From positions 1,627-65,626 of the forward strand of contig JAFUWD010000054.1 in the NCBI GenBank assembly GCA_017483645.1: a DNA stretch of 64,000 nt. Reading direction: 5' to 3'. How positions within the stretch are numbered: the stretch's first letter is position 1; the number at the start of each line of letters is the position of its first letter. The DNA comes from Muribaculaceae bacterium (GTDB lineage Bacteria; Bacteroidota; Bacteroidia; Bacteroidales; Muribaculaceae). The position numbers and the translations under genes were made by a program. Positions 1-9,453 of this stretch are shown piece after piece. The notes below the pieces were generated by a model. That model was not told where the DNA came from, ran no database searches, and was given only the letters and a program-made list of their open reading frames with translations.

Positions 1-187
1 CATAGGCTGTGCTGGGCGGCGCCTTGACATAGCAGGTGAATAGAATGATGAGTAACAACAAGAGGATTAGTCCGGCGATAATGCCAATTTCAGTTGGTCC
101 CATGATGTAAAGGTTTTGTTGTGATGAGTGAAATGTTGTCGTAGTTTAATTAGGCAAGAATCGTGCCAATCTGTGCCGGGGCGCGGG

Positions 188-967
188 TCAATGGTCGGCG
201 TTGATTTCGTAAACTTTGAGCACGTTGGGCCAGAGTTGCGGCAGGGCCGAGGCGCGCTGTGCTGTGGAGATGACCGGTCCGCCGGTGGGTTCCCTGAGGG
301 TGTAGGGCGCATTCACTTCATATTCTTCGTATTGCTCGGGGGCGTTGACGATAATGAGTTCTTCGGTGTCGTTCAGTGTGTTGCCCTCCCACTTGCTGGC
401 GGTGCAGATGAAGGCGAATGCCGACGCGCTGCCGCCTTGGACCACGGTCTTGGTTGCCGGGTGAAGCATGAAGCCCTGCAGCATGGGCTCGCCCAGCGTT
501 CCCACGCGTGTGAATTGGCCGGCCTGCGCATTCCACAAGAGCAGCGTGCTGTAGGTGCGTGGCTCGCCCGGGCCGATGAAGATGTCGGTTAGTCCATCGA
601 AATTGGCATCGAGGAAGCGCACGTCGGGTTTCTGGCCGTCGTTCGCTACCAGTGGCTCGCCGTCGTTGCCGCTCACCGTCTGCAGCTGTTGCCCGTCACG
701 GAAGATGGTGGCACTGGTGGCGTCATCGTTAACTTCTACCCGCAGGTGCTCATGCGTGGTCGGGCATAGGTTGAGGGTGATGAAGCCCAGGTCGTTGGGT
801 GCGATAGCGGGTGCCGCCATGGGGTCGGCGGCCGGCTGGGCTGCAACAATGCTGTCGGTGGGGGCAATGGAGTCGGTGGTGGTGTCGGAGTTGGTTGCCT
901 GCTGGTTGCAAGCCGAGAGTGTGCCGGCCACGGCCAGAGCGCAAACGATGATGAGTGGGTGTTTCAT
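188..967 (-). CDS. Lipoprotein of unknown function (XAC2610-like, FG-GAP-type DxNxDG motif)
   Basis: ATG at 967 (MKHPLII), lipobox LSAC, Thr/Ala linker, DANFDGLTD calcium-type motif; -7 element TATCTTTG on the minus strand at 1001-1008. Confidence 0.7.
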   Translation of the reverse strand: MKHPLIIVCALAVAGTLSACNQQATNSDTTTDSIAPTDSIVAAQPAADPMAAPAIAPNDLGFITLNLCPTTHEHLRVEVNDDATSATIFRDGQQLQTVSGNDGEPLVANDGQKPDVRFLDANFDGLTDIFIGPGEPRTYSTLLLWNAQAGQFTRVGTLGEPMLQGFMLHPATKTVVQGGSASAFAFICTASKWEGNTLNDTEELIIVNAPEQYEEYEVNAPYTLREPTGGPVISTAQRASALPQLWPNVLKVYEINADH

Positions 968-1030
968 GACAATGTGAGTTTTTGGGTTAATATACAATCA
1001 CAAAGATAGCGAAATCTTTGTGAAAATGCT

Positions 1031-1066
1031 ATTGCAAGGTTGCAAAAAATAATTGCAAGGTTGCAA
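1031..1066. repeat. Perfect 15-bp direct repeat ATTGCAAGGTTGCAA x2 (1031-1045, 1052-1066), 21-bp period; candidate operator
   Basis: Read directly; each unit carries two TTGCAA palindromes; lies between divergent -7 promoter elements. Confidence 0.8.
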
Positions 1067-1093
1067 TTTCGGGAGGTGCTGCGATTTGGCTTG

Positions 1094-1101
1094 TAATTTT
1101 G
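1094..1101 (+). promoter_or_regulatory. Bacteroidetes sigma-A -7 element (TAATTTTG) for the vWA gene
   Basis: Matches TAnnTTTG about 50 bp upstream of ATG 1150; no consensus TTTG at the -33 position. Confidence 0.6.
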
Positions 1102-1149
1102 CGTCGTGAAACAAAAATCCGCACGTTTAACCATTTAAATTTTATAACT

Positions 1150-1830
1150 ATGGAAACAATGAAGAAAACAACGATTCACAATGTGATTATCCTCGACAAG
1201 AGTGGCTCGATGAGCAGTATCGCCCGCCAGGCAGTGGACGGCGTGAACGAGACCATCGCTTCCATCAAGAGTATGCAGGAAAAGCATCCCGAGCAGGACA
1301 ACGACCTGACGCTGGTGGCCTTCTGCGGTTGCGAGCTGCGCGTGATTTACCGCTCACTGCCCATCGGCCAGGTGCAGCCCATGACCGAACGCGATTATCG
1401 TCCGTGCTGCATGACTCCGCTCTATGATGCCATAGGGAACACAATTACCGAGGTGCACCGCCACATGCAGACCGAAGAGAACGCCATGGCCAGTGTCACC
1501 GTCATCACCGACGGCTATGAGAACGCGTCGAAAGAATTTTCGCATACCGCCATCCGCAGCCTGATTGAGGCTTACAAGAACGAGGGCTGGCTGTTTGCCT
1601 ACATTGGCGCCGACCATGATGTGGAGTCGGTGGCCTATTCGCTCAACATCGACAACCACCTGCGTTTCCAGAAAACCAGTGAGGGCACCCGCCATATGTT
1701 TGGCAGATTCAATGAAAAACGGATGGGTTATCTTGAGGATGTGATGCCGTCGATGTGCGATACCAACATGTCGGCGAGCGAAAAAATAAACATCCTCAAA
1801 GAGCGTGGCAGCAAATTTTTTGAAGAATAA
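1150..1830 (+). CDS. von Willebrand factor A (vWA) domain protein, cytoplasmic
   Basis: MIDAS motifs VIILDKSGSM, TPLYDAIG, VITDGYEN; no signal peptide. Confidence 0.85.
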   Translation: METMKKTTIHNVIILDKSGSMSSIARQAVDGVNETIASIKSMQEKHPEQDNDLTLVAFCGCELRVIYRSLPIGQVQPMTERDYRPCCMTPLYDAIGNTITEVHRHMQTEENAMASVTVITDGYENASKEFSHTAIRSLIEAYKNEGWLFAYIGADHDVESVAYSLNIDNHLRFQKTSEGTRHMFGRFNEKRMGYLEDVMPSMCDTNMSASEKINILKERGSKFFEE

Positions 1831-1868
1831 TTGTGGACGGTTGCCTGGTTTGTAGTAAATTTGCCACT

Positions 1869-2987
1869 ATGAATGCCAGCAAACTGAAATATGGTGTCAT
1901 CTACACGGCCAGCTCCCTGCTTAGCGGGAGGGTTGGCCGGATGATGTCATGGCTGGGGCAGAGTGAGTGGAGTTCGTTTCCACGATTCGAGTTGGAGAAT
2001 CTGCCCCTCGTCAATCTTGATGAGAATGAGTCGCGTTTGGTGGCGCGCCGTGTGAACGTGGGCAATGCCGGCCACGATGCCGTGGTGACACTCACGCTCG
2101 ACGACCCGCAGAACCTGTCGGCTACCGACCTTCATCGTTTCCTGGCCGCCGTCACCGATGTGACCGACCGCTCCGTCGGTGACCTGGTGCTCACCCAGAC
2201 TCCTCCACCCCCGCCGCCCGTGTTGGTGAATGCCAGCAAGAGTTGTTCATCACGGCATTGGCTCTCGGGTGTTCTCCGGCGGTCAAAAAATGTGGAGGTT
2301 GCGGCCGATGCCTGCGAGGAATTCATAGATGCATGTGAGGGTTTTGCGGACTATGAGTGCAATACGGGTGCCCTATGGCACGGCGACGTGGAGATGCCCC
2401 CCGCCGTCTACGACGATGAGGAGGCGGTAGCGGCGATGGAGCGTGAGCGCCATCAGGCGCTGCAAGCGCTTCAGGCGGCTGTGCTCAACTATGTGGTCAC
2501 CTATCACGCCGACCCCACTCAACTCATGCAGACGTTGCTCAAGGGAAAAATTGTGGTGGGGCCGCACCAGCAACTCAGCCCATTGCTTGTGAATGGCGAC
2601 TTGCGTATCGTGCTGCCACACTACAACGAGGTGGAGGTGGAGATGCCGGCGCTGTGCAGGGCCATCTACATCTTGTTTTTGAGCCACCCCGAGGGTATCG
2701 CACTGCGCAACATTGCCGACTATCGGACAGAACTGGAACACATCTATTCGTTGGTGATGCCCGGTCGCGACGACACCCGTGCCCGTCGCACCCTGGACAA
2801 CCTGTGCGACCCCATGAGCAACACCCTGAACGAATATATCTCAAAAATCAAGCGCTGTATAGCCACCTGTATCATCAATGACGAATTGGCTCGGCACTAC
2901 TGCATCAGCGGCAAACGCAACGAGCCGTATCGCATCGACCTGGACACGTCGTTGGTGAGCCTGCCGCGCGCAGTGACCGAACGGTAG
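1869..2987 (+). CDS. Hypothetical protein with a putative C-terminal winged-helix DNA-binding domain
   Basis: C-terminal AIYILFLSHPEGI...L..IY...NTLNEYISKIKRCI...GKRNEPYRI resembles an OmpR-type wHTH; N-terminus has polyproline and acidic tracts. Confidence 0.6.
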   Translation: MNASKLKYGVIYTASSLLSGRVGRMMSWLGQSEWSSFPRFELENLPLVNLDENESRLVARRVNVGNAGHDAVVTLTLDDPQNLSATDLHRFLAAVTDVTDRSVGDLVLTQTPPPPPPVLVNASKSCSSRHWLSGVLRRSKNVEVAADACEEFIDACEGFADYECNTGALWHGDVEMPPAVYDDEEAVAAMERERHQALQALQAAVLNYVVTYHADPTQLMQTLLKGKIVVGPHQQLSPLLVNGDLRIVLPHYNEVEVEMPALCRAIYILFLSHPEGIALRNIADYRTELEHIYSLVMPGRDDTRARRTLDNLCDPMSNTLNEYISKIKRCIATCIINDELARHYCISGKRNEPYRIDLDTSLVSLPRAVTER

Positions 2988-3032
2988 ATTCCACGACTTC
3001 CCATTATGATATGCCGACTTTAAGAAAATTTA

Positions 3033-3064
3033 TTTGTTAGTATGTGCCGATTTGTGTAATTTTG
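3033..3064 (+). promoter_or_regulatory. Sigma-A promoter TTTG-N20-TAATTTTG for the M6 protease
   Basis: -33 TTTG at 3033-3036, -7 at 3057-3064. Confidence 0.65.
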
Positions 3065-3093
3065 CATCAAAATCACACAAAAAAGCATAGAGA

Positions 3094-4959
3094 ATGAATA
3101 AATTTGCAACAGTGATAGCACTGTTGGCCACCGCCTTCAGTGCTGTTGCCATCCCGGCGCTGCGTCAATGGAAAATGGTTCAGCAGTCCGATGGCACGTC
3201 GCTCGAACTGATGCTCGTCGGTGACGAAAATCTGCATTATTATGTAACCCGCGACGGCTTGCCCGTAGTGCAGACGGCTCCGGCCACCTATTGCTATGCA
3301 CTGGTGCAGGGTGCCCATTTGGGCAGCACCGGTGTGCTGGCCCATGAGGTGGATGTGCGTGTCCCGGGAGAGGCGGAAACAGCTGCCCGCGCCGAACAAA
3401 TGCGCCAGGTGCGCGCTCCGCGCGAGGCTCATGCCAAGCGGGTGCAGCGCCGCACCGAGGGGAAGGCCGGCAACTTCACCGGCAGCCACCGTGCCATCGT
3501 CATTTTGGCCAAGTTTTCCGACAAGGGTTTCAACGGCGGTGACGAAGCGGCGCAAGCCTTTTATGACAATATGCTCAATCTGGACGGCTTCAGTTTCGCA
3601 GGCGCTCCGGGAAGCGTCAACAACTACTTCAAGGATATGAGCCGCGGACAGTTTGACTTGCACTTCGACGTGTACGGCCCCGTGCCTGTGTTGGACAAAG
3701 CCACGCATTACGGCGGCACGTCATATTACTTTGGCGGTTTTGATTATGCCGGCGATTTCATCACCGAGGCCATCGAGAAGGCCGATTCCGAGTACGACAT
3801 CGATTGGACAATCTATGACTGGGACGATGACGGCGAGGTGGAGCAGGTGTTTGTGCTCTATGCCGGCTACGGCCAGGCTACCAGTGGCCCGGTGGGCACG
3901 CTGTGGCCCCATGCCTGGACACTCGATGAGGCGTTCTCGAATGCAGCTGGCGGCAAAGGCGGCATCTCCAAAGACAATGTGTATATTAACCAGTATGCCT
4001 GTGGCAACGAGCTTAACGGCAATTCAGGCACCACGCCCATGGGTATGGGTGTGTTCTGCCACGAGTTCTCACACTGCATGGGCTTGCCCGATATGTACGA
4101 CACCAATTATGGCGGCAACTACGGCATGGACGACTGGGACCTGCTGGACCACGGCAGCTACAACGGCCCCGAGGGCATCGGGGAGTGTCCCGCGGGCTGG
4201 ACAGCCTATGAGCGGGATTTTGCCGGCTGGCTTGATTTTGAGGTGCTGGAGCCGGGGCAAGAGGTGACGAAGATGAACCCGCTCACCCACCCCGACGGCC
4301 AGGCCTATGTCATCTATAACGATGCCCATCCCGACGAGTACTATGTGCTGGAGAACCGCCGCCATGAGTCGTGGGACCGATACACACCCGAGGAAGGGTT
4401 GCTCATCGTGCATGTAGACTACGACCCGCTCATTTGGGAGAACAATGTGGTGAACACCAACGGCACGTTCAAGCGCAGCGATGGCTACACCGCCAATTTC
4501 AGCAACGACCATCCGCGCATGGAGCCTTTCCACAAACTTAAGAGCATCAGTGACGATAGCTACTACGACGCATTCCCCATCATCACCAAGAAAGTGCACC
4601 TCGACAGCCTCACCGACAAGTCGAAACCTGCTGCCACACTCTATAATCCCGGCCCCGACGGCACCAAGCTGATGCACAAGCCCATTACGCACATTACCAA
4701 AGCTGAAGACGGCACCATCTCTTTTGTGTTTATGGAGGGCTATGAGCCTCAGCATTATGCACAGGGCGATGTGAATGGTGATGGCGAGGTGAGCGTGGCC
4801 GATGTTACAGTTTTGGTGGGCATCCTGCAGGAAGCGGAGGATGTTCCCGAAGACTGGATGCAGCGTGCCGATGTGAACGGCGACGGCGAAGTGTCGATTG
4901 CCGATGTCACCACCTTGGTGGGCCTGCTGCTCGACACAAATCAGGAACCCGCCGAATAA
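3094..4959 (+). CDS. M6 (immune inhibitor A-like) metalloprotease with C-terminal type I dockerin
   Basis: Signal peptide, prodomain, CHEFSHCMGLPDMYD zinc motif, YYVLENR; two GDVNGDGEVSxADVTxLV repeats at the C-terminus. Confidence 0.9.
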   Translation: MNKFATVIALLATAFSAVAIPALRQWKMVQQSDGTSLELMLVGDENLHYYVTRDGLPVVQTAPATYCYALVQGAHLGSTGVLAHEVDVRVPGEAETAARAEQMRQVRAPREAHAKRVQRRTEGKAGNFTGSHRAIVILAKFSDKGFNGGDEAAQAFYDNMLNLDGFSFAGAPGSVNNYFKDMSRGQFDLHFDVYGPVPVLDKATHYGGTSYYFGGFDYAGDFITEAIEKADSEYDIDWTIYDWDDDGEVEQVFVLYAGYGQATSGPVGTLWPHAWTLDEAFSNAAGGKGGISKDNVYINQYACGNELNGNSGTTPMGMGVFCHEFSHCMGLPDMYDTNYGGNYGMDDWDLLDHGSYNGPEGIGECPAGWTAYERDFAGWLDFEVLEPGQEVTKMNPLTHPDGQAYVIYNDAHPDEYYVLENRRHESWDRYTPEEGLLIVHVDYDPLIWENNVVNTNGTFKRSDGYTANFSNDHPRMEPFHKLKSISDDSYYDAFPIITKKVHLDSLTDKSKPAATLYNPGPDGTKLMHKPITHITKAEDGTISFVFMEGYEPQHYAQGDVNGDGEVSVADVTVLVGILQEAEDVPEDWMQRADVNGDGEVSIADVTTLVGLLLDTNQEPAE

Positions 4960-4981
4960 CCTGCTACCAGCCACAAAACAA

Positions 4982-5012
4982 ACAGGCGGCATCCCTTTCG
5001 GGCGCCGCCTGT
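4982..5012. terminator. Intrinsic terminator hairpin between convergent genes
   Basis: ACAGGCGGC/GCCGCCTGT stem flanked by A- and T-containing tracts. Confidence 0.7.
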
Positions 5013-5035
5013 GTTAATAGGGTGATAATAGAATT

Positions 5036-6343
5036 TTATTTCACTACTTTCACAGCCTTCTTGCTGCCGTCCTTCATGGTGGTCACCATGATGTTCACAC
5101 CCTTGAAGGGAGCGGCGCTCACCTGGCCGGCCAGGTTCACATACTGCACGCTGGCAATGTTCTCCACGGTCAGGTCGGTCACAGCGGTGGGCAGTTCTTC
5201 GGCCTTGGTGACAATCAGTTTCAGACCGGCTGCCGGAGCCTTGGCGGGAGCGCCCGAAGCGGCACTGGCAGAAGCCTCTTTGAGGATGAGGTTGTACTTG
5301 CCACCTTTCTCAACAATGAGGTTGACGTAGTCATTGCCCGGGTACAGGCTCAACTCGGCGCCCAGCAGGCCTTCGTCAACTTTGAAGAAGTGCGCATTGT
5401 TGGCATCCTCACCACCGTACCACACGGTGCTTCCATCCTCGGCATAGCTGATTACCTTGAAGCCGTTCTCGCCGTCGTTGTTGCCGTCGGGCAGCTCAAC
5501 GCTTGCGGCGAGGTCGCCGTCCTCGTTAGCCTCGAACTTGATGTTCTCGTTGCCGTTCTGGCCCCAGTTGTTAAAGGCGCCGGTCAGGTAGTAATCCTGC
5601 GGTTGGGCTTCCTCCTCATAGATGTAGTCGATAAGAGTTACGGGCAGGCTCATGTTGGTGGCGCTGCTCAGGGTTGTGGTTGCCTTGGGGAAGTCGTCGG
5701 ACATCACGAAATCGTCGAAAGTGATGCGGTCGTTGCCAAAAGCCATCACGCGCTTGCTGCGCGAGTTGTCGACAAAGAAAGTCACGTCTTCGCCGCTATC
5801 GGTGGCTTCGTCGCCCTCGGCCACGATGGTGATGAGCAGGTTCTTGCCTTCGGTCACGCTGATGGGAGAATTGGCCAGGTCGATGACAAGCTCACCCACC
5901 TCATAGAAATAGTCCATGAAGTCTTCCTCGTAGTCAAATTGTGCAACGAGGTCGCTCTCATCGAAATCGAAATAGTTGAAATCGCCGTCCTCGTCTTTTG
6001 CAAAAGCGCCCTCTTCAATTTCTTGGGCATACACCTTGATGAAGCGGGGATAGGCTTGGAAAGCGCCCATGTTGTAGAATTTGTAACTCAGCTTGGTGAT
6101 TTTGGGGTTGACTTTGCCGTCGAACATGTCGGCCAGGTCTTCGGCTTTGTAGATCATCTGAGCAGCCGAGTTGTTGAGGTAGAAGTTTACGGGTGCATCG
6201 TCCAGCGCGCCGCCGTTATACATGTCGCTGTTGTCATCGATGTCCTCATAGCCGCCCAGGTCAATCTGGGCACTCAGTTGCTGAGCTTGCACGCTCAGTG
6301 TCATGGCAGCCGCAGCCACCAGGAAGAGATAAAATTTCTTCAT
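5036..6343 (-). CDS. Secreted acidic protein with T9SS-like C-terminal domain
   Basis: Signal peptide, N-domain paralogous to 6391-7254, YLTGAFNNWG (CBM/SusE-like) module, C-terminus YVNLAGQ...KVVK. Confidence 0.75.
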   Translation of the reverse strand: MKKFYLFLVAAAAMTLSVQAQQLSAQIDLGGYEDIDDNSDMYNGGALDDAPVNFYLNNSAAQMIYKAEDLADMFDGKVNPKITKLSYKFYNMGAFQAYPRFIKVYAQEIEEGAFAKDEDGDFNYFDFDESDLVAQFDYEEDFMDYFYEVGELVIDLANSPISVTEGKNLLITIVAEGDEATDSGEDVTFFVDNSRSKRVMAFGNDRITFDDFVMSDDFPKATTTLSSATNMSLPVTLIDYIYEEEAQPQDYYLTGAFNNWGQNGNENIKFEANEDGDLAASVELPDGNNDGENGFKVISYAEDGSTVWYGGEDANNAHFFKVDEGLLGAELSLYPGNDYVNLIVEKGGKYNLILKEASASAASGAPAKAPAAGLKLIVTKAEELPTAVTDLTVENIASVQYVNLAGQVSAAPFKGVNIMVTTMKDGSKKAVKVVK

Positions 6344-6390
6344 AATACCTGAAAGTTTAAATGATTAGTAATTTGGTTGGTTGTGTGTTG

Positions 6391-7254
6391 TTATTTAACA
6401 ATCTTTTTTCCGTTGTGGATGTAGATGCCTGCGGGCAGGTTGTCGGCATTCATGCGGCGGCCCATCAGGTTGTAGTAAGCACCGTCGGTGGTGCGTGCGG
6501 CGTTCACCTCGCTGATGCCGGTTTCGGGGGTCACCTGATAGGTGAAGCCGAATTTGGTCACGGGCAGGTCGATGTCGGTGCCGCAGCCAAGCATGGATGT
6601 GGCTTTGGGGAAGTCATCGGTCTCATAATAGTCGAGGAACGACACCGTGTTGTTGGTGAACGTCATGGCACGATGGCGGATACCGGCATTATAGAACTGC
6701 AGGTCAAAGCTGCTGCTCAGGCAGTTGTCGTTGTCCTGTGCGTCCATCACCACGGTCACAAGCAGTCCCTTGCCGGGAGTGTGGGCAAACGGTGCGGCGC
6801 TCAGGTCGAACTCCACCTCGCCGTCGTCGCCGTAGGTTTCATAGAGCGGATATTCGGCTGTAGCGTCGAGTGCGGGACTTTCGGCATCGAAGTCGAAGAA
6901 TTGTTTCGTGCCGTCAATCACGGCAAATGCCGTTTCGTCGGTCTCTTGCAGATAAAGCTTTACGTCGCGAACGATGTTCTCATAGCCCTCGGCATTCAAG
7001 AACCGGTAGGTAATCTTGTCGATTTTCACATCGGTCAGTTCATCCAAGTCGGCCAGGTCTTGAGCCGTATAGATGATTTGTGAGCCGGTGTGTGCCAGGT
7101 AGAATGTGGTGGGAGCCGAGTCCCAGTAGGAGCCTTCAACCACGGTGGTGGCGCCCTCGTAGTCACCCACCTCCAGGGTGGCGCTCTCGTAGGTTTGTGC
7201 CTGTGTGGCAGTCATGGCTGCCAGCGCGGCAATCAGTAGATAGAATTTCTTCAT
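6391..7254 (-). CDS. Secreted protein with T9SS-like C-terminal domain; paralog of the adjacent gene
   Basis: Signal peptide MKKFYLL; shared QIIYxAxDLAD and DDFPKAT...LPVT motifs; C-terminus YYNLMGRR...GIYIHNGKKIVK. Confidence 0.75.
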   Translation of the reverse strand: MKKFYLLIAALAAMTATQAQTYESATLEVGDYEGATTVVEGSYWDSAPTTFYLAHTGSQIIYTAQDLADLDELTDVKIDKITYRFLNAEGYENIVRDVKLYLQETDETAFAVIDGTKQFFDFDAESPALDATAEYPLYETYGDDGEVEFDLSAAPFAHTPGKGLLVTVVMDAQDNDNCLSSSFDLQFYNAGIRHRAMTFTNNTVSFLDYYETDDFPKATSMLGCGTDIDLPVTKFGFTYQVTPETGISEVNAARTTDGAYYNLMGRRMNADNLPAGIYIHNGKKIVK

Positions 7255-7310
7255 AAGCAGTGTGTTTTAGGTGAATAATAATCGTTCTATTGGTGGTGTG
7301 TAACTGTGTT

Positions 7311-8381
7311 TCAGCGCACCACTTTCTTTCCGTTGTGGATGTAGATGCCGTTGGTGGGGTTGAGCACGCGGCGGCCGGTGAGGTCGTACCAGTTGTCGTC
7401 GGCAGCCCGTTGTGTGTCGGCCTTGATGGATGTGATGGCAGTGGCATCGTCAATCACCTCGCTGGTGCGGTTGCGCAAGTCCACGAGCACGCGGTTGCTG
7501 TAGGGCGACACCACCAGCGTGTGGCCTTCGTAGCGGGCGGCATACACGTCGTAGTAGACTTCGGTGTGTCCATTGAGGTAGGCGTTGTTGAGCGTGAATC
7601 GTTTCGAAGTCACGGCTTCGCCCCAGTCGTTCTCGGCCATAACAGCCTCGTCGGCGTCAATGTTGGTATAGACTTCATCGCCCTCTTTCAGATCCTGTGT
7701 CACCTGCACGCGGTCGAAATAGTCGGCCACGCCCAGTTGGGCGGTGTTGTTGATCATCGACATGAACAAGTCGCGTGAGCCGTTTTCCAATTCAATCGTC
7801 TTGGTGCTCAAGCCAGTTGCTTGGTTGTTGTCGAGCTCCACATTGTAGGCCACATTCACGGCGTCGCCGGTTCCGTGGCTGGTGACGCGTATTTCGTCGT
7901 TACGGCTGGCATAGGTGGTGATGTGCACCTTGTACTTGCCGTCGTTGTTCACCAGATAGAGGTAGGGCGTGTAGAGCATGCCAGCCACCAGGCTGGGTGC
8001 GAAAGTGGGGTAGAGATATGCTTCCCATCCATAGGAAAGCGCGTAGCCCATTTGGCTCAAGTTCACGCCGCTCTCGTCGCCTCCCGCCGGCTCAACAAGC
8101 GAGCCGAAGTCGATGCCGTCGAAGTCCTCGTCGGCCAGTGTGAACTCACCGTCCTGCTCCATCACATCCTTGATGTAGACAAACACGCAGTAGGCCTCGG
8201 CGCCATCCACGGGCTGCCAGTTGGCCGTGAAGCCTGTCGATGTGATATTGGTGGCGGGATTCACTCCCGGTGCTGTCAGAGTGGCGCTGGGAGCTTTTTT
8301 CATCTCGATTGCTCGCTGTGCGGTGGCCGTTGATGCGGTCATCAGCATCAAACAGGCAAAAATGGTGTAGAAATGTTTCAT
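7311..8381 (-). CDS. Secreted protein with FN3-like framing and T9SS-like C-terminal domain
   Basis: Signal peptide, ATNITSTGFTANWQPVDGAEAY (FN3-like), C-terminus WYDLTGRR...GIYIHNGKKVVR. Confidence 0.75.
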   Translation of the reverse strand: MKHFYTIFACLMLMTASTATAQRAIEMKKAPSATLTAPGVNPATNITSTGFTANWQPVDGAEAYCVFVYIKDVMEQDGEFTLADEDFDGIDFGSLVEPAGGDESGVNLSQMGYALSYGWEAYLYPTFAPSLVAGMLYTPYLYLVNNDGKYKVHITTYASRNDEIRVTSHGTGDAVNVAYNVELDNNQATGLSTKTIELENGSRDLFMSMINNTAQLGVADYFDRVQVTQDLKEGDEVYTNIDADEAVMAENDWGEAVTSKRFTLNNAYLNGHTEVYYDVYAARYEGHTLVVSPYSNRVLVDLRNRTSEVIDDATAITSIKADTQRAADDNWYDLTGRRVLNPTNGIYIHNGKKVVR

Positions 8382-8598
8382 TTCGTAGTTGTTTTTATTG
8401 AAAATCTTATATAATATTTGTTTTGATTGTGCAAAAATAACATTTTTCGTGCATAATTAAAACAATTTTCTCGGTTTTATTTTTCCAAACCTAAAAAATA
8501 GAGAAAATAATCACCTTGTTACTCCATATTTTGCCCGAAAAACATTACCTTTGCATGAATATAACCCAATAGACCAAACTCATAAAAACACCATACCT

Positions 8599-9453
8599 AT
8601 GGCAACCAATGAGGAAATCACCAACACAGAGAAAATGCCGCCACTATACATTGTGACCGGCGCCACCGATAACATGGGAAGCGTGATTACGCGAAAACTG
8701 GCGGCTCAGGGCAAGGCTGTGCTGCTGGCATGTCGCGACGAGGCCAAGGCGCAGAACTATGCGGCCCGACTGCGTAACGAAACCCGTAATCCCGACATCA
8801 GTGTGCTTCAACTCGACTTGAGCTCGTTTGAGCAAGTGCAGGATTTTGTGGAGCGCCTGAAGGCTCTGAATCGTCCGGTGGCCGCTCTGGTGAATAACGC
8901 GGGCACCCTGCCACGGCACAGCAAGATATCGCCCAATGGCTACGAGCACACGGTGCAAGTGAACTTTCTGAGTACGGCGTTATTGTCGTTGTCGGTCTAT
9001 CCACTGATAGTGGACGGCGGCACCATCGTGCTGTCGACCAGCGTGTCGCGACGGTTTGTTTCGTTGCCCTACGAGTTCCCGGCAGTGTCACATTTCACCC
9101 AAATCGGTGCTTACGCGCAGAGCAAGTTGGCGCTGACGCTTTTCTCCATTTACATGAGCACCGTGATGAAAACGCGGCGGCTGCGGGTGAATTGCGTGAA
9201 CCCCGGTGTGATCAACACCAGCGTGATGGCGCTTCACCGCTGGCTGGACCGTGCCGCCGACTACATTGTGAATCCGCTTCCCGACCCCGACAGCGGCGTG
9301 GTACCCACTATGCGTGCCTTGGAAAGCAACGACACCGGCTTCATCTTCATGGGCAGCGACCGCCAAATCAAGACATCGACGATGCTCAAGAATCGCGATG
9401 TGTTCATCAAGCTGTGCAACGACACGATGCGCATCATCAAAAAATATCTGTGA
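8599..9453 (+). CDS. Short-chain dehydrogenase/reductase (retinol dehydrogenase/WWOX-like)
   Basis: TGATDNMG (degenerate Rossmann), LDLSS, NNAG, YAQSK catalytic motif, VNPG. Confidence 0.85.
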   Translation: MATNEEITNTEKMPPLYIVTGATDNMGSVITRKLAAQGKAVLLACRDEAKAQNYAARLRNETRNPDISVLQLDLSSFEQVQDFVERLKALNRPVAALVNNAGTLPRHSKISPNGYEHTVQVNFLSTALLSLSVYPLIVDGGTIVLSTSVSRRFVSLPYEFPAVSHFTQIGAYAQSKLALTLFSIYMSTVMKTRRLRVNCVNPGVINTSVMALHRWLDRAADYIVNPLPDPDSGVVPTMRALESNDTGFIFMGSDRQIKTSTMLKNRDVFIKLCNDTMRIIKKYL

